The position numbers and the translations under genes are program-made. Of a DNA stretch of 64,000 nt, positions 25,982-34,610 are shown piece by piece; position 1 is the first letter of the stretch; every line of letters starts with the position of its first letter. Below the pieces are notes generated by a model, which worked only from the letters and a program-made list of their open reading frames with translations, had not been told where the DNA came from and searched no databases. The stretch lies in NCBI GenBank assembly GCA_964403155.1, contig CAYOEG010000002.1, positions 8,147-72,146 of the forward strand. The letters are read 5' to 3'. This stretch comes from an uncultured Candidatus Saccharibacteria bacterium (GTDB lineage: Bacteria; Patescibacteriota; Dojkabacteria; SC72).

Positions 25982-28403
25982 AGAACTAAACAACTACAAC
26001 CGAACACTTGATAGCAAAATCTCGCAAGAGCTTAAATCTCAGACTGAGAAACTACAGTCCGTCGGAGAGAAATATCAAACATTCAGACAAGAACTAAAGA
26101 AAGAGATGGAGAATGGCAAAGCGAAAGAGGAAAAAGATAAATTCAATGACCCCCTGAAAACAGATGAAGAACCAAAACCAAAGAAGAATCCAATTTTGAA
26201 GCTCCTAGATAAGCTAGCTGAAAAAATAAATGGAAAAAAATCTCTTGAAGAAACAACTACTTCGGGAAACAAGATTGAAGATGATGATATAACAATGCTG
26301 GATAAAAATATGTCCATCAAAGATATCATTGCACCACTGGATATGGAACTCGACTTTAACGACATGCAGATGGGGGACTATTTCTTCAGAGTATTTAAAG
26401 TCTCTGGTTACCCTCGTATCGTTGGACCAAATTGGTTATCACCAATTATAAATTTTGAGCATTCCTTACGTATTAGTACCTTTTACTACCCAGTTGAATC
26501 TAAAGTCATTCTCGAAAAACTTAAGCGAAAAATCGGAGAGATGGAAGCCACACTCTACTCTCAAATAGAGGATCGAAAAGTTGTAGATCCTACACTTAAA
26601 GTTGCGCTCTCTGATGCACAACAGTTGCAAGACTCAATTGCAGAAGGTTCAGAGAAATACTTCCACTACGGAATGTACATCACAATATATGCACCTAACA
26701 AGGATCTATTAGAGAAATATTCTAGAAATGTAACTTCGACCCTAGCTGCGATGAATGTGGTTGCCATACCAGCAATTTTGCAACAAAATGAAGGATTTCT
26801 GAGTACACAACCTTTGGGATTAGACAAACTATACTTCACTAGGAACATGGATACCACCTCCCTTGCCACAACCTTCCCATTCGTGACTTCAGAGTTAACA
26901 ATGGAGAAGGGAATTATGTATGGCGTAAACATGCATAACAAAAGCCTGGTCATATTTGATAGATTCCAGTTAGAGAATGCAAACACCGTAGTATTTGCAA
27001 AAGCAGGTGCAGGTAAAAGCTATTTTGTAAAACTAGAAATTCTTAGGAGTCTAATGCTGGGAACCGAGATCATCATTATAGACCCAGAAAGGGAATATGA
27101 CGAACTTTCCAAAGCAGTAAACGGACTTTACATCTCATTCTCACAGGACAAAGGAAGCAAGATGAATCCATTTGAACTCTCAGGAATTAAAGACGAGGGT
27201 GATGACGAGCTAAGAATGAAACTACTTGCATTACATGGTTTCTTCAAAATACTTTTCGGGGGACTTACTAATGTTGAAGAATCCATTTTAGACAAAGCAT
27301 TAATACTCACTTACAGAGAGAAAGGTATTACCTTTGACCCTGCAACACAGACGAAACAGCCTCCTCTACTTGAAGATATGTACAAAGTACTTAAGGGTAT
27401 GGCCGAGAATGAAGCTCATGATTTAGCCAGAAGAATGGAGAAATATATAATCGGTAGTGGTGCAGGAATATTCAACGAAGCAAGTAATTTTGAAATTAAT
27501 AATCCATTTACAGTATTCAGCATCAGAGACTTACAAGAAGAACTAAAACCTCTCGCTATGTACCTAATGCTTGATTTCATATGGACAAAAATTCGAAAAG
27601 ATCAGAAGAGGAGAATCCTTGTTGTAGATGAAGCTTGGTATATGATGCAAAGTTTGGACTCCGCAAATTTCATGTATTCAATAGCTAAACGTGCAAGAAA
27701 GTATTATCTCGGCTTAACAACAATTACTCAGGATGTCGCAGATTTCCTAAATAATGATATGGGGAAGGCGATTATATCTAACTCTTCAATGCAGGTGCTT
27801 ATGAAACAAAGCCCCTCTGCTGTAGATAAGCTACAAGCAGTATTTAATCTGTCTGATGGAGAGAAGAATTTCTTACTAAGTTGCGATAAAGGACAAGGAC
27901 TGTTCTTTGCAGGGTCAAACCATGTAGGCATACAAGTTATATCTAGCCAAGCAGAACACGAGCTTATAACCACAGATCCTAAAGAACTAGAGCAACGCCG
28001 TGCAAGGTCTGGCATGACTGAGACAAGAACCATAGAAGAATTAGCCCAGATATTTGAACCTCCAGCAGAGCAACAACCTATGAGAGATGGGAACTCCTTG
28101 GAAAGGCAACAACAGGTAATACGGGGAGCAATATACAAACGAAGAGATGATCAGGTACAGATTGAAAAAGAAAGAGAACAGTATCAAAAAGAATTAGAAG
28201 AAAGATTAAGACAACAGGAGCTTGAACTTAACCCAGAAAAGAGAATATCCCAACAAACTTTTCTTGATAGTTTAAAAGAGAATACTGTTTCTGGGCAAGT
28301 TATAAAATCAAGGGAAGATATACAAAAGGGTCGAACACATATAACTCCACAAGGCCCAGTTTCAAGCTATACAAATAATGGGACAGGCAACAACCAACAA
28401 TAA
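25974..28403 (+). CDS. VirB4/TraC/TrbE-family T4SS ATPase
   Basis: Walker A AKAGAGKSYFV, Walker B RILVVDEAWYM, conserved N-domain segment YFFRVFKVSGYPRIVGPNWLSPI; a KE-rich low-complexity insert of about 110 aa at the N-terminus; 809 aa. Confidence 0.8.
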   Translation: MPEELNNYNRTLDSKISQELKSQTEKLQSVGEKYQTFRQELKKEMENGKAKEEKDKFNDPLKTDEEPKPKKNPILKLLDKLAEKINGKKSLEETTTSGNKIEDDDITMLDKNMSIKDIIAPLDMELDFNDMQMGDYFFRVFKVSGYPRIVGPNWLSPIINFEHSLRISTFYYPVESKVILEKLKRKIGEMEATLYSQIEDRKVVDPTLKVALSDAQQLQDSIAEGSEKYFHYGMYITIYAPNKDLLEKYSRNVTSTLAAMNVVAIPAILQQNEGFLSTQPLGLDKLYFTRNMDTTSLATTFPFVTSELTMEKGIMYGVNMHNKSLVIFDRFQLENANTVVFAKAGAGKSYFVKLEILRSLMLGTEIIIIDPEREYDELSKAVNGLYISFSQDKGSKMNPFELSGIKDEGDDELRMKLLALHGFFKILFGGLTNVEESILDKALILTYREKGITFDPATQTKQPPLLEDMYKVLKGMAENEAHDLARRMEKYIIGSGAGIFNEASNFEINNPFTVFSIRDLQEELKPLAMYLMLDFIWTKIRKDQKRRILVVDEAWYMMQSLDSANFMYSIAKRARKYYLGLTTITQDVADFLNNDMGKAIISNSSMQVLMKQSPSAVDKLQAVFNLSDGEKNFLLSCDKGQGLFFAGSNHVGIQVISSQAEHELITTDPKELEQRRARSGMTETRTIEELAQIFEPPAEQQPMRDGNSLERQQQVIRGAIYKRRDDQVQIEKEREQYQKELEERLRQQELELNPEKRISQQTFLDSLKENTVSGQVIKSREDIQKGRTHITPQGPVSSYTNNGTGNNQQ

Positions 28404-28616
28404 CAATTTAAATCTATTAGAAGAATCAAACTACTTGGTTACAAAAGCAGTTTCAACTTCTAGTATCCCTCAACAAAGAGTCTCTTCTGATTTAGAAATG
28501 TTAGAGAAAGCCGAGAAGAAAAGTCTGTATAGAGCTAACATAGCAAAAGGTAAAAAAGACCCACAGGTATATATTGCACTTAGTGCATTAAGACTTTCTA
28601 ATCCATTTAAAGGATA

Positions 28617-29795
28617 CTAACTCAATGGACCCTGATCTTGTGGAAGATAATGCTTTAAATTATCCGCCGTTATAATTATTGGAAGCGTTGCTCCCTCTAC
28701 AACATCTCTAGCAACAGCTCTAACCATACCTGCGATATTACGTTCCAACTGCCTAATACCAGCGTCAAAACCTACAGGACGAATAATCATTGGCCAGATC
28801 GTATCATCAATTCTAATAAGTTCTTCTGAAAGATTAAGCCCCTTAAGAACCCTTGGAAATATATATCTCTTCGCAATAACCGTCTTCTCCTCATCTGTAT
28901 AACTAGTAAATCTAATCACCTCCACCCTATCCAATAAAGCCGCAGAAAGACCCCCAAGATTATTTGCTGTACATATGAAGAAAATATTAGAGAGATCAAC
29001 TGGGAAATCTAAATAATGATCCCGGAATGCTCTGTTTTGTTCAGGATCAAGGATTTCTAATAATGCTGCCATAACATCATTAAGTAATCCCGCATTACCA
29101 CTTGCTTTTTCAATTTCATCAAGAAGAACAACTGGGTTCATAGTCCCACTTCTCATCAATGCCTTAATAATTTGCCCAGGCTCCGGATCCACAGCATAAC
29201 GAGGAGTACCACGCAAAGTTCTTACGTCCCCTATTGCACCAAGGGAGATTCTTACAAATTTTCTTCCCATGGCTTGTGCAATAGATTTGGCAATGGAAGT
29301 CTTACCCACACCCTGAAGTCCTACAAAAAGAAATACTGGTGATTTAGAGAAATTATTTTGTGAGGGTATTATCATTTCCGGTCTTTCCGATAAAGAACCA
29401 ACCGAAGAAGGCATAGCAACATATTGATTGAGATTCTGCCTACTCTCGAGCTGCATCGCTGCAAGATAGTCAAGAATAGCGTTCTTAATACCATCCATAC
29501 CATAATGAGTAGAATCCATTATCTCCTTAGCATTCTTAATATCAAGATTGTCCTTGGATAACACTCCCCAAGGAATAGAAACTACGTAATTTACATATTT
29601 GCTTACATTCTCATACTCTGAGCTATACACTCCCTTCTTTGCTATCCTTTCTAATCTCTCAATACTCGAAAGAACTTCATTTTTGAGATCAATCGGGGCA
29701 TTAGAATTTACAAGCTTGTTCTTAAGTAACAAGATGTCTGAGACATTATCATCCATAGTAATATCTTGTGGTATGGGCGTATTAATATAATCCAT
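28617..29795 (-). CDS. Lon-like AAA+ ATPase module lacking the N-terminal substrate domain and the C-terminal protease domain
   Basis: Near-canonical Lon AAA+ sequence: LFVGLQGVGKTSIAKSIAQAMGRKFVRISLG, LLDEIEKAS, LEILDPEQNRAFRDHYLDFPVDLS, TANNLGGLSAALLDRVEVIRFTSYTDEEK. It ends at ITADNLKHYLPQDQ, exactly where Lon proteins begin the protease domain. No Ser-Lys protease domain adjacent. Confidence 0.75.
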   Translation of the reverse strand: MDYINTPIPQDITMDDNVSDILLLKNKLVNSNAPIDLKNEVLSSIERLERIAKKGVYSSEYENVSKYVNYVVSIPWGVLSKDNLDIKNAKEIMDSTHYGMDGIKNAILDYLAAMQLESRQNLNQYVAMPSSVGSLSERPEMIIPSQNNFSKSPVFLFVGLQGVGKTSIAKSIAQAMGRKFVRISLGAIGDVRTLRGTPRYAVDPEPGQIIKALMRSGTMNPVVLLDEIEKASGNAGLLNDVMAALLEILDPEQNRAFRDHYLDFPVDLSNIFFICTANNLGGLSAALLDRVEVIRFTSYTDEEKTVIAKRYIFPRVLKGLNLSEELIRIDDTIWPMIIRPVGFDAGIRQLERNIAGMVRAVARDVVEGATLPIIITADNLKHYLPQDQGPLS

Positions 29796-29900
29796 ATGGG
29801 CAGTAAATATATATGTAGAGTGTATATGCTAGATTAAATTATTGCAAATAAATTTGCTCCGTGATAGCCTTAATATGAATAATATTAAACTGTCCATGAG

Positions 29901-30662
29901 ATGAAAAAATCATTCCCAATATTCCTATCTTTGTTAACTATCTTGTTACTACCATTTAGAGTTTTTGCTGCAGATTTAACTACAATCCAAGAAACTGTAT
30001 CTGATTACCTTCCGTATATTTTAATAGGCGGTGCTGTGATTCTTTTAATAAGTATCATTGGTATCTTGTTAGGAAAGAAGAAAAACAAAAATACAACGTC
30101 AGAACCGATCGAGATTGCACAACCTGCAACACCACAACCTATTGCAACAGAGGAAGTAAAAACTCCTGTGATGGAAGAAACTCCTGAAGTTACTCCTGCT
30201 GTCAATATGGATACGATCTCAAATAATTTGTACTCACCAACACCAGAAGAATTACCAGAGAGACCCCCTATTCAAGAGACCCTTGGAGCTACACCACAAC
30301 CCGTACCAGAAACTAGTGATCAAAGTTCCGATCTTCAAGCAATTTTACAACAAGAATCTTCATCCGAACCTATGACACCTGTGACAGATCAGGCCTTTAA
30401 TTCTGTACCAACTCCTGAAGTAAAACAATCTCCTTTGCCAGAATCTTCCACAATATCTCCTATGGATAACACCTTGTCTACTATGCCAGAGCAATCTCCA
30501 GTTCCACCTATCGATACTACTACAAGTACTACTCCTGATTTACAACAGTTTGTGAATAATCAAGTTGCAGAAGTTCCACCAATGGCGGCTCCAGTAGCAG
30601 AAACACCTGCTTCAACAGATACAACAACACCAGCTCCAACGGGAACTCCTAGTATTGTTTAA
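29901..30662 (+). CDS. membrane protein with signal peptide, TM helix and Pro/Thr/Glu-rich disordered tail
   Basis: MKKSFPIFLSLLTILLLPFRVFAA signal; TM ILIGGAVILLISIIGILLG; then about 190 aa of PT/PE-rich low complexity. Confidence 0.5.
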   Translation: MKKSFPIFLSLLTILLLPFRVFAADLTTIQETVSDYLPYILIGGAVILLISIIGILLGKKKNKNTTSEPIEIAQPATPQPIATEEVKTPVMEETPEVTPAVNMDTISNNLYSPTPEELPERPPIQETLGATPQPVPETSDQSSDLQAILQQESSSEPMTPVTDQAFNSVPTPEVKQSPLPESSTISPMDNTLSTMPEQSPVPPIDTTTSTTPDLQQFVNNQVAEVPPMAAPVAETPASTDTTTPAPTGTPSIV

Positions 30663-31945
30663 TAGCTAGCAAGAACAGCTTCTTTTAGCAATCGTGCAAA
30701 AGTTTCAACCTCTTGTTTAGTATTGTATATTCCAAAACTTGCTCTCATGGTTGGACCGACCTTGAATCTATCATGGAGTGGTTCTGCACAGTGGTAACCT
30801 TCACGTACACAGATACCCTTCCTACTTATATATTCAACAATTCCATCTCCCTCTTTGTTCTCAATCCTTTTTTCTTTACATCCTTTAAAACTAAATCCTT
30901 CTATATTGAATGTTAAACAACCATACCTATCTGTTGCATCTGTTTTTCCAAATGGCTTAAACCATTCAATACCATCAAAGGCATCTAACAACGTTTTCAT
31001 AAGTTCTTGCTCGTGCTCGATAAGTTTTTCATAACCACCAAACTCTTGGATGGTTTTAGAAGACCATTTCAATGTCTCTCCTAATACAATTCCACTCTCG
31101 ATATCTGGCGTACCTGCTTCAAATCTCCAAGGTAAATCATTCAATTCGAACCCTTCTCTTGAGACACTCATTATCATTTCCCCCCCACCCATAAATGGTG
31201 GTAATTTCTCTAGAATTTTCTCTTTACAATACAATACACCGCTCCCAGTTGGCCCATACGCCTTGTGCCCAGAGAACACAAAAGCATCACAATCAATATC
31301 TCTCACATCTACCTTAATATGTGGAACACTCTGAGCACCATCAACAATGACAAATGCTCCAACCCTATGTGCAATCTCTACTATCTTCTTCGCAGGGTTA
31401 AGTGTTCCTAAAACATTCGAGATATGGGCAATGGATACTATCTTTACTTTTTCACCTTCTGTTTTGATCAACTCTTCAAACCAATCAAGATCTAAATCAT
31501 ACCTATAATTCACAGGGATATATTTGATTTCAAATCCTATCTCCTTCTGCAACATCTGCCAAGGAACAATATTACTGTGATGTTCCATCTCTGAAATCAC
31601 AACAATATCTCCAGACTTAAGATTTTGCCTACCATAACTATTGGCAAGTAGATTTAACCCCTCTGTTGCGTTCCTAGTAAACACAATCTCTCTGTAACTG
31701 TTTGCGCTGATAAATTGAGCGACTATCTCATGAGCTTCTTTCCATAATTCTGTGGCTTTGCTAGCTAAAACATGTGAGCTCCTATGAATATTCGCATTGT
31801 ACTCTGTGTAATATTCATTAATTGCATCCAATACAGCTTGAGGTTTCTGAGTAGTAGCTGCATTGTCAAGGTATACCAGAGGATTACCATTAACCTTAGT
31901 CTTCAATATCGGGAATTGTTCTCTAATATCATTAATCATCATCAA
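30659..31945 (-). CDS. sufS: cysteine desulfurase (class V aminotransferase, SufS/CsdA-type)
   Basis: PLVYLDNAATTQKP, PLP-lysine motif SGHKAYGPTGSGVLY, catalytic Cys in REGYHCAEPL. Confidence 0.85.
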   Translation of the reverse strand: MMMINDIREQFPILKTKVNGNPLVYLDNAATTQKPQAVLDAINEYYTEYNANIHRSSHVLASKATELWKEAHEIVAQFISANSYREIVFTRNATEGLNLLANSYGRQNLKSGDIVVISEMEHHSNIVPWQMLQKEIGFEIKYIPVNYRYDLDLDWFEELIKTEGEKVKIVSIAHISNVLGTLNPAKKIVEIAHRVGAFVIVDGAQSVPHIKVDVRDIDCDAFVFSGHKAYGPTGSGVLYCKEKILEKLPPFMGGGEMIMSVSREGFELNDLPWRFEAGTPDIESGIVLGETLKWSSKTIQEFGGYEKLIEHEQELMKTLLDAFDGIEWFKPFGKTDATDRYGCLTFNIEGFSFKGCKEKRIENKEGDGIVEYISRKGICVREGYHCAEPLHDRFKVGPTMRASFGIYNTKQEVETFARLLKEAVLASY

Positions 31946-31950
31946 TTATA

Positions 31951-32526
31951 CTACATTAATCCATTCTTAAAGTTTTTCCAGTATTCACTACCCTTCACAG
32001 TCATCGTGCCAACATACTTATTACCCAAACCATCAGTACCATACTTCCTATCACATTCCTGATCCAAAAGCTCAAAAATTATCTGGGCAATCTTCATCCC
32101 TGGATATATCTTGATTGGCAAAGGGGAAAGATTAATCAAATGCAATGTTAATCTTAGAGAATTACCTGGGTCAAGAAAACCAGCGGTAACATGAATCGCA
32201 AGCCCTAATCTTCCAAGAGAACTTTTACCCTCTAACCTTGCAATGTGTTTTCCATCAACACCTGTAATTTCTTTAACATTTGCTAAAACAAATTCGCCTG
32301 GGTTTAAGGTATAACCTTCTTCTTCATCTACTTCAACATTTTGCATAAGGTTATCGATCGGTTTTTTAACATCAATAACCCTATCCTTCTCTTTACTGAA
32401 AATTAGAAAATGACTATCTAAGTGTAAATCATATGATGCAGGTTGAAGATATTTTTCATCAAAAGGTTCTATCTTTATCTCACCTGTCTTTAATTTCTCT
32501 CGTATCGTTTTATCTGCTAGTATCAT
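31951..32526 (-). CDS. dcd: dCTP deaminase
   Basis: MILADKTIREKL N-terminus; dUTPase-like fold motif GFLDPGNSLRLTLHLIN; 191 aa. Confidence 0.8.
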   Translation of the reverse strand: MILADKTIREKLKTGEIKIEPFDEKYLQPASYDLHLDSHFLIFSKEKDRVIDVKKPIDNLMQNVEVDEEEGYTLNPGEFVLANVKEITGVDGKHIARLEGKSSLGRLGLAIHVTAGFLDPGNSLRLTLHLINLSPLPIKIYPGMKIAQIIFELLDQECDRKYGTDGLGNKYVGTMTVKGSEYWKNFKNGLM

Positions 32527-33746
32527 ATTCCTGGAATTGGGTAATTTTTTGCGAATTCTTTTATTTCAGCTTTTATTTTTTCCAAATTATCATCATTAGG
32601 ATTTTTTAATGCCCTATCAATAAACTGAGCTACTGTTTCCATTTCATCTTCTTTCATTCCTCTAGTAGTTAATGCTGGGGTACCTATTCTAATACCTGAT
32701 GGATCCCATGGTTTTCTTTGATCGTTCGGGATTGCATTTTTATTTACTGATATATTTGCTTTTTCAAGAAGATCCGAAGCTTCACTACCAGAGAGATTGA
32801 CACTTTTAACTGTATCTACAAGGAAAAGATGATTATCTGTCCCACCAGATATCACCGAATATCCTAGCTCTCTCATTCCGTTTGATAGTGTTTTTGCATT
32901 TAAAACTATCTGCTTTGAATATTCTTTGAATTCAGGTTTCAATGCCTCTCCCAATGCGACTGCTATCCCTGCGATTGTATTATTGTGTGGGCCTCCTTGA
33001 AGTCCTGGGAATACTGCTTTGTCTATCCTCTCTCCTAGTTCCTCTTTGCACATTACGATAGCTCCTCGTGGCCCTCGTAGTGTCTTATGGGTAGTTGTGG
33101 TCACCACGTCGGCAATACCAACAGGGTTAGGATATTCTCCCGTAGCAACTAGCCCTGCAACATGAGAGATATCAGCTGCAAAATACGCCCCTACTTCATC
33201 TGCTATTTTTCTAAATTCATTCCAATCTATGATTCTAGAATATGCCGAGAACCCTGCCCATATTAATTTAGGTTTATGTTCTCGTGCTAGTTTTCTAACT
33301 TCTTCATAATCTATGTATCCATCCTCTTTAACATCATAGTTAACCGAATTGTAGTACTTCCCAGAAAAAGAAATCTTGTACCCATGGGTTAGATGTCCAC
33401 CAGCATCTAATGCCATTCCCATAACAGTATCTCCTGGATTTACTAGTGCCATGTATACGGCATGATTTGCAGGAGAACCTGAATATGGTTGAACATTTAC
33501 ATGTTCTGCTCCAAACAGCTCTTTTGCTCTAGCTATAGCTTCGTTCTCTATTTCATCAATATATTGATTTCCACAGTAGTAACGCTTCCCTGGGTATCCC
33601 TCAGAATATTTATTCGTCAGAATAGAACCAATAGATTCTAATACAGATTCACTAACATAGTTCTCAGATGCTATTAATTCAATTCCTTCTATTTGTCGTT
33701 TCTTTTCTAGATCAAGTATGGACGAGATTTTACTATCTTCTATCAT
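32523..33746 (-). CDS. glyA: serine hydroxymethyltransferase
   Basis: LIASENYVS, YSEGYPGKRYYCG, TTTTHKTLRGPRGA motifs. Confidence 0.95.
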   Translation of the reverse strand: MIEDSKISSILDLEKKRQIEGIELIASENYVSESVLESIGSILTNKYSEGYPGKRYYCGNQYIDEIENEAIARAKELFGAEHVNVQPYSGSPANHAVYMALVNPGDTVMGMALDAGGHLTHGYKISFSGKYYNSVNYDVKEDGYIDYEEVRKLAREHKPKLIWAGFSAYSRIIDWNEFRKIADEVGAYFAADISHVAGLVATGEYPNPVGIADVVTTTTHKTLRGPRGAIVMCKEELGERIDKAVFPGLQGGPHNNTIAGIAVALGEALKPEFKEYSKQIVLNAKTLSNGMRELGYSVISGGTDNHLFLVDTVKSVNLSGSEASDLLEKANISVNKNAIPNDQRKPWDPSGIRIGTPALTTRGMKEDEMETVAQFIDRALKNPNDDNLEKIKAEIKEFAKNYPIPGI

Positions 33747-34599
33747 TCTTTTTGTAACAGGTCATTAAATTAGACATTAGAGAAGCAATTGTCATTGGCC
33801 CTACACCTCCTGGCACTGGAGTTATATATGAGGGGATTCCTTGTATTGAATCCCAATCAACATCCCCAACTAGTTTTCCAGTTTCGGGATGCCTATTTGA
33901 ACCAACATCTACTACAACACAATCTTCTTTTAGGAAACCTCTATTTACAAGCAATGGGACACCAGTAGCAGATATTAAAATATCTGCAGTTTGTGCAATA
34001 TCTTGTATATTCGTAGTATGAACATTGCATAGAGTTACAGTCGCGTTCTTTTCTAGAAGAATTGCTTCCAAGGGGATACCTACAATTGAGCTTGCTCCAA
34101 GTATAACTACATGCTTACCGAACAGCTTTATATTGTATGCTTCAAAAAGTTTTAAAATCCCCAATGGCGTTGCTGGTACAATTGCAGCTGGATCTTTCTG
34201 AAAAAGTTTTCCCAAATTGATTGGAGAAAGACCATCAACATCTTTTCTAGGATCAATCGCATCTAAAACTAAATTCGTATTAATCTGATCAGGTAGTGGA
34301 AGTTGAACCATATATCCATCCACATCAGAATCTTTATCCAATCCATCAATGAGATTTACAACGTCTAAGGTATTTACCATCGGGTCTAATCTATGGACTA
34401 CGACATTTATTCCAACATCTTTTCCAACCTTCTCCTTCATACTCACATATTTCTCACTACCATAGTCATTACCGACAAGGATAATATCTAATCGAGGGAT
34501 TTTTTCCCCATATTTTGTTATTTGAGAGATTTCGTCAGAAATTCCATCCAAAATTGTATCGGAAACAAGTTTCCCATCAAGTATCTTCATGAGATACAT
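33733..34599 (-). CDS. folD: bifunctional methylene-THF dehydrogenase/methenyl-THF cyclohydrolase
   Basis: ILDGK..., Rossmann GxSxxVG (ILGASSIVGIP) and PVPGGVGPMTIA motifs. Confidence 0.9.
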   Translation of the reverse strand: MYLMKILDGKLVSDTILDGISDEISQITKYGEKIPRLDIILVGNDYGSEKYVSMKEKVGKDVGINVVVHRLDPMVNTLDVVNLIDGLDKDSDVDGYMVQLPLPDQINTNLVLDAIDPRKDVDGLSPINLGKLFQKDPAAIVPATPLGILKLFEAYNIKLFGKHVVILGASSIVGIPLEAILLEKNATVTLCNVHTTNIQDIAQTADILISATGVPLLVNRGFLKEDCVVVDVGSNRHPETGKLVGDVDWDSIQGIPSYITPVPGGVGPMTIASLMSNLMTCYKKNDRR

Positions 34600-34610
34600 T
34601 CTACACTTTC

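Noticed and set aside
25960-25990. VirB4 split interpreted as a frameshift pseudogene
   Set aside because: The junction is a clean ATGCCTGA stop/start overlap typical of translational coupling, and both ORFs are intact. Kept as a finding, with sequencing error noted as an alternative.
28378-28620. 80-aa ORF overlapping the 3' end of VirB4
   Set aside because: Low-complexity N-terminus (poly-Asn), overlaps VirB4 by 26 nt, no motif. It could be real, but evidence is insufficient.
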